Positions 1 to 11,976 of a DNA stretch of 64,000 nt are shown here, one piece after another (the stretch's first letter is position 1; each line of letters starts with the position of its first letter). The notes below the pieces were generated by a model. That model saw nothing but the letters and a program-made list of their open reading frames with translations, did not search any database and was not told where the DNA came from. A program made the position numbers and the translations under genes. The stretch comes from Haliotis cracherodii (taxonomy: Eukaryota), in the NCBI RefSeq assembly GCF_022045235.1, contig NW_027266286.1, positions 21,886,001 to 21,950,000 on the forward strand. The letters run 5' to 3'.

Positions 1-344
1 CTCTTCATGTTTCTACAAATCAATCAACTGATTTCATTACTTTTGGGAGTTAAACCCGAATCTGAACTCTTAATCAATACCAACATGTAACTATTATTTC
101 CGTGCAATTTCACATGGTGAAAGAATATGAATAAGGCTACAGCCTTAGTGATTTGCTGTTTTGGGTTATTGTTGGGCCTTGATTTGTTACAAAGCTCATT
201 CATTATCATATGCAGTGAGAAAACACAATGGTAGCTTCCAAATCAGCTCTCAGCCGTCAGCCCGTCCCGAGTATATTCAAAAGCTTCGGTAATGGAACTA
301 CCGTGGACGTGTGTACAAGGGCTACCTACTCTGTTACTCTTAAG

Positions 345-621
345 TTGGTTGGTTGGTTGGTTGGTTGGTTGTTTAACGCCGCACTCAGCAATATTCCAGC
401 TATATGACGGCGGTCTGTAAATAATCGAGTCTGGACCAGACAATCCAGTGATTGATATCATGAACATCGATCCACGCAATTGGGATCGATGACATGCATC
501 AACCAAGTCAGCGAGCCTGACCACCCGATCCCGTTAGTCGCCTTTTACGACAAGCATAGTCGCCTTTTACGGCAAGCATGCGTTGCTGAAGACCTATACT
601 ACCCCGGAATCTTCACGGGTC
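345..621 (-). mobile_element. SINE family C (central GTCGTAAAAGGCGAC hairpin motif, tandemly doubled; (CAAC)n tail)
   Basis: Flanked by TSD CTGTTACTCTT (331 and 622). Homologous copies at 11228-11450 (+), 14036-14290 (+), 20550-20770 (-) and tail only at 35210-35310 (-). The motif resembles the Meta/MESC SINE domain from memory, not verified. Confidence 0.8.
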
Positions 622-1219
622 CTGTTACTCTTCGGTAACTTAAGTACTCGCTGGACAAGTATCTGAATTTGGCAGCATTCACCTTCTAATGTTATTCCTT
701 CCTATTATTATACGAGTAAACACCCAGGGTACATTCCCATTGCTTTTTTCATTTTCATTCTCAGTCCTATTCGAAAGGCACAACGCCAAAATAGCCATCC
801 AAACATATTACACAAAGGGAGAGAGCTATTGGGTCCTGTGTGTTTATCATAGAGGTGTAATGCACTGGGTAATAAGTCACCATAATGTATAAAACATTAC
901 TCATCCCAGAAATGTATGACAATAATTAACTACATTTACTAGGGCTAAAGGCTGACGAACTGGCAGTCCCAGTTTTGACTCGTCCCAACGTCACTTTGGT
1001 TAACTTTATTTAGTGGCATTTTCAAGTTGGTTTGATGAACAAGGGAGATAAGTCTATCCTGGTTATAATGCCCCTGCCACTTGCATGATGACGGTGTTGT
1101 TTTCTACACCGAAACGTCATTGTATTAAAGAAGTTGTATATTCATAGAACTATCTTACTTGTTGACCCTTTGGTTGTGTACTGACTCAAATACACTACTC
1201 ATAGGAAAGTTAAAGAGTG

Positions 1220-1670
1220 TGTGAGTGAGTTGGGTTTAACGCCGCTTTTAACAGTAGTCCTGTTATATCAGCTTAATGTTGGAGGAAAGCCCGAAGTGAT
1301 GCAGGTCTTAGACGTTTACCACTTCGGTGAAACCCACGAGCACGGGTATGGTGGTGACAAACCTAGAAACATAATCGGTATGAATGAGCTTCGAACCCAT
1401 GATCATGGGTATATGGCATGCCCAAGGGACACAACTCTGTATAGCGAAGTGTGGTGTCTTAAACGAGTTGTGCCCCCAATTCTGGGATGGAATCTCAACA
1501 GACTCCTATCACAAGCATACATTAATAACAGTCAATGGTGTTCGAAAATAGCATGAAATTCAAGTGATACTTGTCATAACACTGATGTTGTAAATTGAAG
1601 ATTTAGGGGGTCCCTAGCCCACAATCGAACCCACAATCATAGCCTTAGACGACTGGGCCACCCGTGCCCC
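1220..1670 (-). mobile_element. SINE family A (tRNA-headed, (ACTC)n tail), interrupted by a ~130-bp insertion
   Basis: Homologous to full copies at 11644, 51142 and 53447. TSD GAAAGTTAAAGA at ~1205 and ~1672. Confidence 0.8.
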
Positions 1671-1913
1671 AGAAAGTTAAAGAACAAGACAGATTTACTA
1701 TAGTTATATGAAAAAAGAACGGATGTTCTTTAACTTCTATTCATATAAATGCACACAACTTTTTAAGTATAACCACACCATGCAATTCTACTTGGTTTAT
1801 TATAGTTTCGTTTATTTATAGACATGTCTAAATTAATAGTTTCAGCTTAAAGTATGCAGCTGGGACCAGTGGCGGATTAGTCGTGAAGATAAACTGAACT
1901 GACACAGTTCAAT

Positions 1914-2764
1914 ATGGCGTCCAGAACCGACTCAGGGGGCTCCGTAGTTTCCGGGGAAGATCTGGACCACGCCCATTATCCCGACGGTGGGTCTGACCAC
2001 GAGGCGGTGGAGGTGGAGGATGTTGGGTCAGAGGCTTCCAAGAGCGGCGGAGCCTGGACACTTGCGAGCGGAACCGGAAGTCCCGACGAGCTGTTGCTTC
2101 TGGAGAGCGATTGTGCACCCCCCTCCCGTGAAGACAGCGTCTGGAGTGGGGGAAGTCGGAGGGGACGAAGTGGGGGCGGGTCACGTGTGTCGTATGACAG
2201 CAGTGACAACCAAGAGGCTCCCGGGTTTCGCTCACGCGACGACGGTGCGTGTTCATACGCCAGTAATCGGACCGGAAAGCGCGACTCTCTCAGTAGCAGG
2301 CAGTCCACTTCTTCGGAGCTTCGTCTTCAGATGGACCGGATGCAAAAAGCGGACGAGGAAAGGAAGATGGCAGCGAGGAAGAAAAGAGATGAAGAGGTGG
2401 CGCTTCTTCGTAGGAAAATGGAAGAAGTAAGGAGGCGAAAAGGTATTGAACTCGTGCCGGGGTCACGTGATAGCCGCGGAGTGATACGAGCGTTCCTGAC
2501 GGAGGAAGAGAAAATGGCGATGGAGAGTCAACAGAAAGATCTCGCTCAAGAGACAGTGGAAATGATTTCCCAAATAAAATCAAAACATGGCATTCCAAAG
2601 GACAAAGATACGTCTCCTGACGTGGTAGTCATGGCCAGTGAGTTCTACAGCAGCAAGGAGATGCCTAACAAGCTGCTACCTGATCACATCCGGCTGAATC
2701 TCACCACCGAGGAGATCCGGGACCTCAAGCTGGTGTTTGACATGTTTGACGTCAAAGGAAGGGG
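1914..2764 (+). CDS. Centrin/calmodulin-like EF-hand protein with long N-terminal extension, coding exon 1
   Basis: ATG 1914, GC-rich coding-like frame ending LTTEEIRDLKLVFDMFDVKGRG (start of EF-hand 1). Donor GG|GTAAGG at 2765, phase 2. Confidence 0.88.
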
Positions 2765-2792
2765 GTAAGGAGGATCTGCCTAAATACCTGTA

Positions 2793-3030
2793 GTGAGTGA
2801 GTTGGGTTTAACGCCGCTTTGAACAGCATTACAGTTATATCGCGGCGTGTCAGCTTCATGTTGGAGGAAAGCCCGAAGTGATACAGGTCTTAGAGTTAAC
2901 CACTTTGGTGAAACCCACGAGCACGGGTATGGTGCTGACAAACCTAGAAACATAATCGGGGAAAACCAGGATTCGAACCCACAATCATAGGTTTCTGGTG
3001 TGCCTAAGGGACGCAACTCTGCACAGTGAT
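2793..3030 (-). mobile_element. SINE family A, 5'-truncated
   Basis: Colinear homology to the other family A copies, with GTGAGTGAGT tail. Confidence 0.85.
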
Positions 3031-3609
3031 CGGAGTGAAAAATTGATCTGGAGTGTAAATGGTTGATTGAATGGGAGAAGGGGTAACGAAAAAGCGACTA
3101 AGCACAAATGAGTTCGAGATGCAAAAACACTTTTTAAATATTTTACAAAATGTATTTTCGTGATACATACAGTTCCATATTTGAACTGATACCCTGCAAA
3201 TTCAAATACCCATGTTGTCAATGGCAACTGTAGATATGTATATGTGGCCATATTACCTATCTGGGTACAGGAACTGTTTTACAAAGTCCTTCCCTGAGCT
3301 GTGAGTATTAATTAGGTATATGTGTCGATGCTTATACACTATAAAGATGTCAGTAGAATGTAAACACAGACCAAGATATGTTTAGATTTAAACATGATTA
3401 GGTATTGTGTTTAAATCCTAAACGGAATACATTGGTGTGTTTCATCTAAACGCATTTAGATCTAAACACATGAAATCAGTTATCGTCTCACAACCAAAAC
3501 ACCACCTACAAAAAAAGGTAAACACAACATCCCCATAATCTAAACATGTCCAGAATGTAAACACGTTAAAACATGTTTAGAATTTAAACCCGTTTCAATA
3601 AAGTGCATA

Positions 3610-3800
3610 CCATTAGGCAATAAGTCCAATAGAGACCGGTCGATATATTAAGGAAATTAGAGAACAGAGACTGTGTTTGATTTGTAACCAGAATTTTATT
3701 GAGGACGAATATCATTTTGTGCTTATATGCAATGCTTATAGTGATTTAAGAGTTCTATATGTAGAATATAGGATTCGGGAGTTAACAGTGTCTTAAAACT
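3610..3800 (+). mobile_element. LINE C-terminal zinc-knuckle fragment, inverted relative to the adjacent LINE body
   Basis: The + strand translates IETGRYIKEIREQRLCLICNQNFIEDEYHFVLICNAYSDLR, homologous to the C-terminus of the ORF at 29888-30922. Confidence 0.75.
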
Positions 3801-6800
3801 AGAATAACTTTCTAAAAAAAAGAGAATTTTCTACTTTACTATGCCAATTTTGAATTCCAATATCCTTACGCCGTTGTTCGAACTGCTGCAGAAATGCATC
3901 CACATCCCCCATACGATTGCATAATCCAAACATATGAAAAACCTGTATTGAACAAGAGTTCCCGAACGTGACTGACCCAGTTTACTCTTCCTAACTCATC
4001 ATGTGATTTCAACATGGCATAACAAGCCCTGGGATATCTACCACAATCTAAGGTTAAAAGTTTTTTGTGAAAAACTCAACATTTATATAATTTCTACCAC
4101 AGTCTCCGAGAACCGCATTGCTGGAAGAATATTTAGATAAACCTACCAACTTTGAACCTTTTCTATTTTATCGTTATATTTAAATCCCCAAATCTCGGAA
4201 CCATATGTCAAAATCGGTAATATTTTAGTGTCGAAAATTCTACGTGCAACAGAAAAGGAAATATTTTGAAACTTATAAAAAAATCGAATAAAAGAAAGAA
4301 GCAGCTTTTCTAGCCTGGATCGCCAATGTTTCACATGCCTTTGACCAAACTAAACGAGAAGAGAAAACAATTCCTAAATATTTATAATATGTAACAGCCG
4401 ATAACTGAATTCCTTTATAGAACCATTTTTCACAAGCTCTGAGAATGCCTCCATTTCTAAACACAACAACATTTGACTTACCTAAATTAAATTCTAACCC
4501 CCATTTCTTAGGGAACTTTTCTAAACTATTTAGCCGCTTTTGAAGATTAATAACGGAATCCGCTACCAACACCACATCATCTGCAAATAAAAGCAGTAAA
4601 ATGTCTTCAATATCCTGATTTACAAATATTCCCCTCCCTGAATCTTCCTTTATATCAACATGAATCAACATTATATAATTTACCATGAAATCCATTTAAT
4701 AATAACCTATATAAAACCTTTTCTTTATCAACTAAATTAAATGCCTTTTTGAAATCAATGAAAACTGCATAAAATCTGTGATTTGGTTTACTAAGGTACT
4801 TTTGACATAGTGAGTGAAGAACAAACATATTATCCGCATTTGCAAATCCCTTTCTAAAACCGGCCTGTGATTCATCAACTTAATCAAATAATTCTACCCA
4901 TTTCCTAATTCTTGATTCAACAATATTAGTAAAAACGTTCCCCATAACACCTAACAACGAAATACCTCTAAAGTTGCTTGGGTCTCAATATCTGTCTTTT
5001 GCAGTTCGTCTATTTACAATGTGGATATTCCAAGTTTTACACAGTTCTAATAAAGACATGCCAAATTTATTTACTGTTTATCCTGTGAAACTCTTGATTT
5101 ATTAAAAGTGTCGGCAATGTAATTGTCATGTAACTGGAGATAATCTTGATAATTATCCTCTTCCAAAATATAATCATCTTGATTTGCCGTTCTCGCATTT
5201 AAATCTCCCATTATAACAATTTCACAGTCATTTCCATATTTATAACTAAGAACAGCAATTTTACTGTCTAATTCATCTATTCCATCAGTATTTAAATTAC
5301 TGTACATGTGAGATTTTTCAGGTAAAATATAAACAGCACCAATAATGAACTGATGAAAAACGGACTGAAATAAAACAAATACACAGTTTTTCCATTCTGG
5401 ATGGAGTCTTATACAAAAATTTGATAGTCAACTATGGAGATACAGACAAACACCACCCGAAAATCTACCTCTATCATGGTGTCTTGTGACAAATGAAGAA
5501 AAACAAACATGGTCAGGGAAATAGTATTCTGTAATACTATTATCCGGTTGCATAGTTTCTATTAAACTAATGATGTGATACGAGGAGAGCAAAGAAAAGA
5601 AATCTTGATTAGACAGATGTGAGCGCAGCCCACATATATTCCACGAACACACAGTGACAGTTTCCGTCTTATCGATTTTCTCAACTGCTAGGGCGGTATT
5701 ATCTAGGCCACGGCCGAGTCCCTATGGGCCAGTAGTGTTAGCTTGGTCGCGCTGTTCTCTGTGTTTGGATTTGGATCCAATTCGCGTTCCCTTGTCTTCA
5801 TCCAGTGTGTGAACATCGCCTTCAATCACAAGTTTATCGTACGAGAGATAAGCCAATTTCCCTGAATCCCGTGCTTGGACATGAAAATGAATTAAAGCCT
5901 TACGCTTTAGTCTTGTCATGGTCGTGTAGTCATCAGAGACTCTCATTTCTTTCACATTCTTTGATATATCCCTTGCTGCACTTACAACCACTTGCTTTTC
6001 TTTGTAAAGGCTAAATTTCACTATTACAGGCTTGATGGTAGACCTGGTATTCAGACGATGTGCACGATCTATTTGGATCATATCCGAGTTTTCTAGCCTC
6101 AATGTGTCCCTGAAATATATCTTACTAAAGATTCTGTTTCTTCCCAAAACTCCCAGGCTTTACCACGATGTCCATGAATTAAGATATTTCCCCTTCTGCT
6201 CTGGGCTTCAAGTTTATCTTGATTCACTTCAAGCCGTGAAATCCTGTCTCTTAGTTTTGCATTTTCTTGTCTTCAGATTGTATACTATCACTGAGATTGT
6301 CAAACTTATTATGCAATGCAATCATCTCTGCTTTGATAGATTTCAAACTCATGTGAACTGATTCATCGCTTTCGTCATCGGGACTACTATCGGCTGACTG
6401 ACTGAAGGGAAGTTTACTTTGACGAGTTTCTCTCGGGCCAGGATTAGTGAGTGAGTGAGTTGGGTTTAACGCCGCTTTTAACAGAATTCCAGTTATATCA
6501 CGGCGTGTCAGCTTAAAACGTTTACCACTTCGGTGAAACCCACGAGCACGGATATGGTGCTGACAAACCTAGAAACATAATTGGGGCGAACCGGGTTTCG
6601 AACCCACAATCATAGGTCTCTGGCGTGCCCAAGGGACGCAACTCTGCACAGCGAACCGCGGCACCTCTGACGACTGGGCCACCCACGCCCCCGGGCCAGG
6701 ATTAAGTTCCATATCGGAACATAATTGCAACAGTTTATCTACATACGGAGAGTCACTATTACTCAGGCAATGGGGACCATCACAATCAAAATAAAACACC

Positions 6801-6910
6801 AGTCGTCGCCAGGGTGGAGCGTTAAAGCGATTTGTCAAGTCGGTGTACGGGGACTCCTTACCAAACTGCGCGGTATAACGAGCGCTGTGAAATCCATTCA
6901 GATAGAGCAA
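3800..6910 (-). mobile_element. Decayed L2/CR1-group LINE: 2A-like leader, ORF1, APE endonuclease and RT fragments
   Basis: ORF1 IDRAHR..KPVIVKF motif (5722-6147). EN motifs SWNICGL, ETM and MGDLNART. RT motifs FIDFKKAF, LLFADDVVL, YKYLG and ILTYGSEIWG. Multiple frameshifts. Confidence 0.9.
6446..6692 (-). mobile_element. SINE family A inserted in the LINE 2A-like motif
   Basis: TSD CGGGCCAGGATTA on both sides. Confidence 0.9.
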
Positions 6911-7614
6911 GATATTTACAAGAATGAATATTTGGAGCTGTCTGTTTATTAAACTTCAATATGGTGTCAAATACTTCATTTTGTCCCTATTTTTCTTCCG
7001 TTTCTGAATGAAACAGCCAATTTTGACCCTCCACTGTTCAACACAAACACCCATCTTGCGCGTGCAGTCCGTGCTTCACAATCTGACTATGGTTCACTCT
7101 GACACAGTCGTATTACAAAACGTTCCACTCTATTTTTATCGTTACTTTTTTAAGAATAAGTGTGTACTCACTGAAATTCGATACTTGTGACTGCTTTGTT
7201 GTTGTTTATAACTTGGTGTAGACCGTGTCACAGACGAATTTTGAAGAGCGACATGAACACGACCGCTTGCTACCCACGCATGCGCAAACTCCTTTCAGAT
7301 GGAACACACCAATGTATTCCGTTTAGGATTTCAACATATTCCTAATTATGTTTAAATCTAAACATGTCTTGGTCTGTGTTTACATTCTAATGACATCTTT
7401 ACAGTGTATAAGCATCGACACGTATACCTAATTAATACTCACAGCTCAGGGAAGGACTTTTTAAAAGAGTTCCTGTACCCAGATAGGTAATATGGCCACA
7501 TATACTATTTCTCTCATTCAGGAACCTGACAATACAAAAGTACATCTGATAACTACCAACGACCTTGAACATCTTTTAGTTACCAGCATCCAACCACAAA
7601 TTATTACGTTTAAG

Positions 7615-7968
7615 GTGAGGTGAGGTGAAATGGGGTTTAACGTCGCATCCAAGATTATTGCACTTATATAGCGACGTGCATGTACGTGTGTGTGTTTGTG
7701 TGGCTGCTTGTACTAGTCCGGGCTGATGCCGATTTATAGTGCTAGCTCACTGAGATACCATGCCGCAGTTTGACACAATACCCCACTCAGACACAGTATA
7801 CTGACTCCGAGCCGACCAGTCCTTGTTTTAGCCCCTTCATGCCGAGCGCCAGACAGGGTAACAACAAGTACCATATTTTAACGTCTTTTGGAATGACGCG
7901 GCCGGGGATCGAACCCCGGACCTTCCGCTTTCCGGGCGAACGCTCTACCACTAGACCACGGAGGTGGT
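7615..7968 (-). mobile_element. SINE family D (tRNA head, V-domain-like core, (TCACC)n tail)
   Basis: A box TGGTCTAGTGG and B box GGTTCGATCC, followed by GCGTCATTCCAAAAGACGTTAAAATATGGTAC, resembling the V-SINE domain. Fragments also at 29996-30045 and 57320-57413. Confidence 0.75.
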
Positions 7969-7975
7969 TATTACA

Positions 7976-8141
7976 CTGACTGACTGAGTATGGTTTTACG
8001 CCGCTTTTGGCAATATTCCAGCAATATCACGGCGGGGGACACCAGAAATGGGCTTCACACATTGTACCCATGTCGGGAATCGAACCCGGGTCTTCGGCGT
8101 GACGAGCGAACGCTTTAACCACCAGGCTACCCGACCGCCCC
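7976..8141 (-). mobile_element. SINE family B (short, tRNA-Asp-like head)
   Basis: A/B boxes, GTC-like anticodon loop and TSD TGGTTATTACA. Copies at 21076-21244 (+) and 43304-43474 (+). Confidence 0.85.
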
Positions 8142-8546
8142 TGGTTATTACAATTCAATTGATATTGTGACAGTGGCATGTAAACAAAGCTACAAAAGCC
8201 TTTTTCCTTATTTAATAGAGAACTCTGCAAAAAGCAGAGTCGATTTACGATTTACGATTTACGATTATATCGTGAGCATGTGTTAATGAATCACTATCAA
8301 ATAGTAATGATACAAGGTGTTCGCGAAAAGTGAGCATACCCTGCCCCATCGGTGGCACCCGTTACAAACACATGCAAAGGCAAATCAATTGTTAGCCTGA
8401 AAAAACATGGGAACATAGGGTACAAGTCAAAATAAGGAATTGCATCGGACATCATTTTTGTCACTGATGTGTCAAATATCGAAATGACCTCCATATGTCT
8501 ACCATAACACTTTAAGCATGCGGTGACTTTGACGTGACTGTTGCAG

Positions 8547-8629
8547 CTACATCATCTCCTACGACCTGAGGAGAGCAGCGGGGATGCTTGGCTTCACAGC
8601 AAAGAGACACGTGTTTAAGGAGATGATAG
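8547..8629 (+). CDS. Centrin-like EF-hand protein, coding exon 2
   Basis: TTGCAG acceptor and G|GTAAGT donor. Reads (G)YIISYDLRRAAGMLGFTAKRHVFKEMI, completing EF-hand 1. Phases 2/1 fit both neighbours. Confidence 0.9.
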
Positions 8630-8711
8630 GTAAGTTTGTAATGGGTGGAGCTAGGAGCTGGTGGTTATTGCGAGAGACGCATTATGTCGCTAGGGTTGGT
8701 GGAATTGGAGT

Positions 8712-8890
8712 TGATGGTTGGGCCTGGGATGTTGGTAGCTTGAGATAGGATATCGATGTATGGGCCTGGGATGCTGGTGGCTTGAGATAGGATATCGATG
8801 GATGGTCCTGGGATGCTGGTAGCTTGAGATAGGATATCGATGGATGGGCCTGGGATGCTGGTGGCTTGAGATAGGATATCGATGGATGGG
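8712..8890. repeat. 42-bp minisatellite, ~4 copies
   Basis: Unit GATGGGCCTGGGATGCTGGTGGCTTGAGATAGGATATCGATG. Confidence 0.9.
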
Positions 8891-9089
8891 AATAACTTTA
8901 TTTTATACAAGCAGGGGTTAAAAAAAAGTTTGAACCTAGGTTGTTATGCTGGCATATTTTAGTACAGACCTATGTTGGTTGAGTCATTGTCCACAAATTA
9001 GCGTGCTTCAGTCTTGTGACTTGTTGATAGTTGACTTCGACTGAATAATTGAACACTCTTTATGACACTCTATGTGTGAGAAGAGACCA

Positions 9090-9160
9090 CAGGCTTCAAT
9101 CCTTCGTGAACATCTAAATATGTGAAAGGTCTGTGCTCGATGGGTTCCACAAAGGCCACT
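9090..9160 (+). mobile_element. Small mariner transposase remnant
   Basis: Translates ILREHLNM*KVCARWVPQ (WVPxxL linker region). Confidence 0.55.
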
Positions 9161-9309
9161 GGGGTCATCACCTCGAATGCCTTGTTATCCAGATAGAATC
9201 ACAGCCCATAACATTTTAATTTTAGTGATGGGGCATGGATGCATTACCCTGATCCCGAAGGAAAAAACCGACTGAAAACACGTCGGGTCTCCCCAAACCA
9301 AGACGTTTA

Positions 9310-9900
9310 GAGCAATTTGATGGATGGATCTAAGCTGTTGATGGGTGGAGCTAGGTAATTTGATGGGTGGATCTAAGCTGTTGATGGGTGGAGCTAGGCA
9401 ATTTGATGGGTGGATCCAAGCTGTTGGTGGGTGGAGCTAGGTAATATGATGGATGGATCCAAGCTGTTGGTGGGTGGAGCTAGGTAATATGATGGATGGA
9501 TCTAAGCTGTTGGTGGGTGGAGCTAGGTAATTTGATGGATGGATCTAAGCTGTTGATGGGTGGAGCTAGGCAATTTGATGGGTGGATCTAAGCTGTTGAT
9601 GGGTGGAGCTATGCAATTTGATGGATGGATCTAAGCTGTTGGTGGGTGGAGCTAGGTAATATGATGGATTCATCTAAGCTGTTGGTGGGTGGAGCTAGGT
9701 AATTTGATGGATGGATCTAAGCTGTTGATGGGTGGAGCTAGGCAATTTGATGGGTGGATCTAAGCTGTTGATGGGTGGAGCTAGGCAATTTGATGGGTGG
9801 ATCTAAGCTGTTGATGGGTGGAGCTAGGCAATTTGATGGATGGATCTAAGCTGTTGATGGGTGGAGCTAGGCATTTTATCGGTCGATCTAAGTTGTTGAT
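9310..9900. repeat. 43-bp minisatellite, ~13 copies, decaying to ~10200
   Basis: Unit GATCTAAGCTGTTGATGGGTGGAGCTAGGCAATTTGATGGGTG. Confidence 0.95.
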
Positions 9901-10400
9901 GTGTGGAACTTGGCTACTGATGGGTGAGACTACTGTGTTGATTGACGGAACTGGGTGTGTTGTGGATGGAGGGTGCAGGGTGCTGATACGTAGAGCCAGG
10001 ACATTGATGGATGGAGCTAGGGTATTGACGGGTTGAGCTGTGATAATGAAGGCTGGAGCTAGTCTGGGTGAGACCAGTGTATTGACTGGCGGAGCTAGGG
10101 TATTTATGAGGGGATAGTGTGTTTGGGATGGAGCTTGGGTGTTAAGCTAAGACATCGAAGGATGGATATGGGTAGAAATGGATCGGAATTGGTTGTTGAT
10201 AGGTGTAATCGCTGCGCTGGTATTATGTGTTTAGAATTCTAACGTTTTTCCCTAAGATTGTTGAAACTTGAGACTGCCTGGAAACCGACTCGGGGTTCGA
10301 ATCCTGACATTTATATGTGTGAACTTCTTTATTTAAATAATTTACATTGGTAGTCTGTATCAAACCTAATATTCAACCTACTCCGCCATTTCAATTTCAG

Positions 10401-10507
10401 ACGAGCTTTCCACAGATCAAAAAGGGAAGGTCACTTTTATCAACTTCTTGGAGTTTATCATCAAGTCGCAGGGTGAGGGACCAGATCCTTACGAGGAGAT
10501 CATACAG
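10401..10507 (+). CDS. Centrin-like EF-hand protein, coding exon 3
   Basis: TTTCAG acceptor and CAG|GTTGGT donor. Reads (D)ELSTDQKGKVTFINFLEFIIKSQGEGPDPYEEIIQ (EF-hand 2 plus linker). Phases 1/0. Confidence 0.9.
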
Positions 10508-11120
10508 GTTGGTAGCAGTCAGTCTGTACACTCGTCCAGGAGATCATACGGGTTGGTAGCAGTCAGTCTGTACACTCGCCCAGGAGATCATACAGGTTGG
10601 TAGCAGTCAGTCTGTACACTCGTCCAGGAGATCATACAGGTTGGTAGCAATCAGTCTGTTCACTCGTCCAGGAGATCATACAGGTTGGTAGCAGTCAGTC
10701 TGTACACTCGTCCAGGAGATCATACAGGTTGGTAGCATTCAGTCTGTACACTCGCCCAGGAGATCATACAGGTTGGTAGCATTCAGTCTGTACACTCGCC
10801 CAGGAGATCATACAGGTTGGTAGCATTTAGTCTGTACACTCGCCCAGGAGATCATACAGGTTGGTAGCAGTCAGTCTGTACACTCGCCCAGGAGATCATA
10901 CAGGTTGGTAGCAGTCAGTCTGTACACTCGTCCAGGAGATCATACAGGTTGGTAGCAGTCAGTCTGTACACTCGTCCAGGAGATCATACAGGTTGGTAGC
11001 AGTCAGTCTGTACACTCGTCCAGGAGATCATACAGGTTGGTAGCAGTCAGTCTGTACACTCGTCCAGGAGATCATACAGGTTGGTAGCAGTCAGTCTGTA
11101 CACTCGCCCAGGAGATCATA
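10495..11120. repeat. 44-bp minisatellite, ~14 copies, spanning the exon 3 donor
   Basis: Unit GGAGATCATACAG|GTTGGTAGCAGTCAGTCTGTACACTCGTCCA. Confidence 0.95.
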
Positions 11121-11227
11121 TAGACACTAAGGCTATTGTAAGTCAAAATACGAGTATGGGCGTTAGGACGTTTTGCACAAGTGGGCCCTGGTCGCCATCA
11201 TCATAGAATATTCACAGAGCTTAAAAA

Positions 11228-11450
11228 ACGTGAAGATCCGGGTTAGAATAGGTATCCATCAACCCATGCCTGCCGTAATAGGTGACTAACTAGGTCAGGT
11301 GGTCGGGCTCGCTGACTTGGTTGATGCATGTGATCGTTTCCCAATTGCGTAGATAGATGCTCATTATATCAATCACTGGACTGTCAGGTCAGGCACGATT
11401 ATTTACAGACCGTCGTCAAAAAGCTGGAAGCGTTGAACAACAAACAAACA
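11228..11450 (+). mobile_element. SINE family C copy
   Basis: Homology to 345-621. Confidence 0.8.
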
Positions 11451-11643
11451 TAATCAGAGATAAGATTGCTTTGTGCGGATGATAAAAAACTGATAGGTAC
11501 GTTCACAATATTGTTTCTGCCTCAACTTTTACAGTCGGCTCGTCACAAAATGGCTGAAATTCTATCGATGTGACTTATTCGATCACTCCACAGTCGGCCT
11601 GTTACAGTTTGTTACAGTAGTATGATATAACTTCCCTTGTGGT

Positions 11644-11924
11644 GGGGGCACGGGTGGCCCAGTCGTCTAAGGCGCCGCGATTCGCTGTGCAGAGTTGCGT
11701 CCCTTGGGCACGCCAGAAACCTATTATTAGGTGTTCGAATCCCGGTTCGCCCCGATTATGTTTCTAGGTTTGTCAGCACCATACCCGTCCTCGTGGGTTT
11801 CACCGAAGTGGTAAACGTCTAAGACCTGCATCACTTGGGGCTTTCCTTTCATGTTAAGCTGACACGTCGTGCTATAACGGGAATAATGTTCAAAGCGGCG
11901 TTAAACCCAACTCACTCACTCACT
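11644..11924 (+). mobile_element. SINE family A, full length
   Basis: A box TGGCCCAGTCG, B box GTTCGAATCCC, (ACTC)n tail and TSD CCCTTGTGGT. Confidence 0.92.
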
Positions 11925-11976
11925 CCCTTGTGGTACGCCTCACTACAGTGTTACCTTGGTAACTATCTAATTTCAG

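Larger units (their letters stand above)
3240..7503. mobile_element. Non-autonomous TIR element with ~210-bp inverted repeats (3240-3450 / 7295-7503) enclosing a LINE
   Basis: TATGTGGCCATATTACCTATCTGGGTACAGGAAC... at 3241 is the reverse complement of ...GTTCCTGTACCCAGATAGGTAATATGGCCACATA ending at ~7502, over ~210 bp. Repeated AAACATGTTTAGA subterminal motifs. Confidence 0.8.

Noticed and set aside
1909-2598. Antisense and alternate-frame ORFs over exon 1
   Set aside because: Shadows of a GC-rich coding exon.
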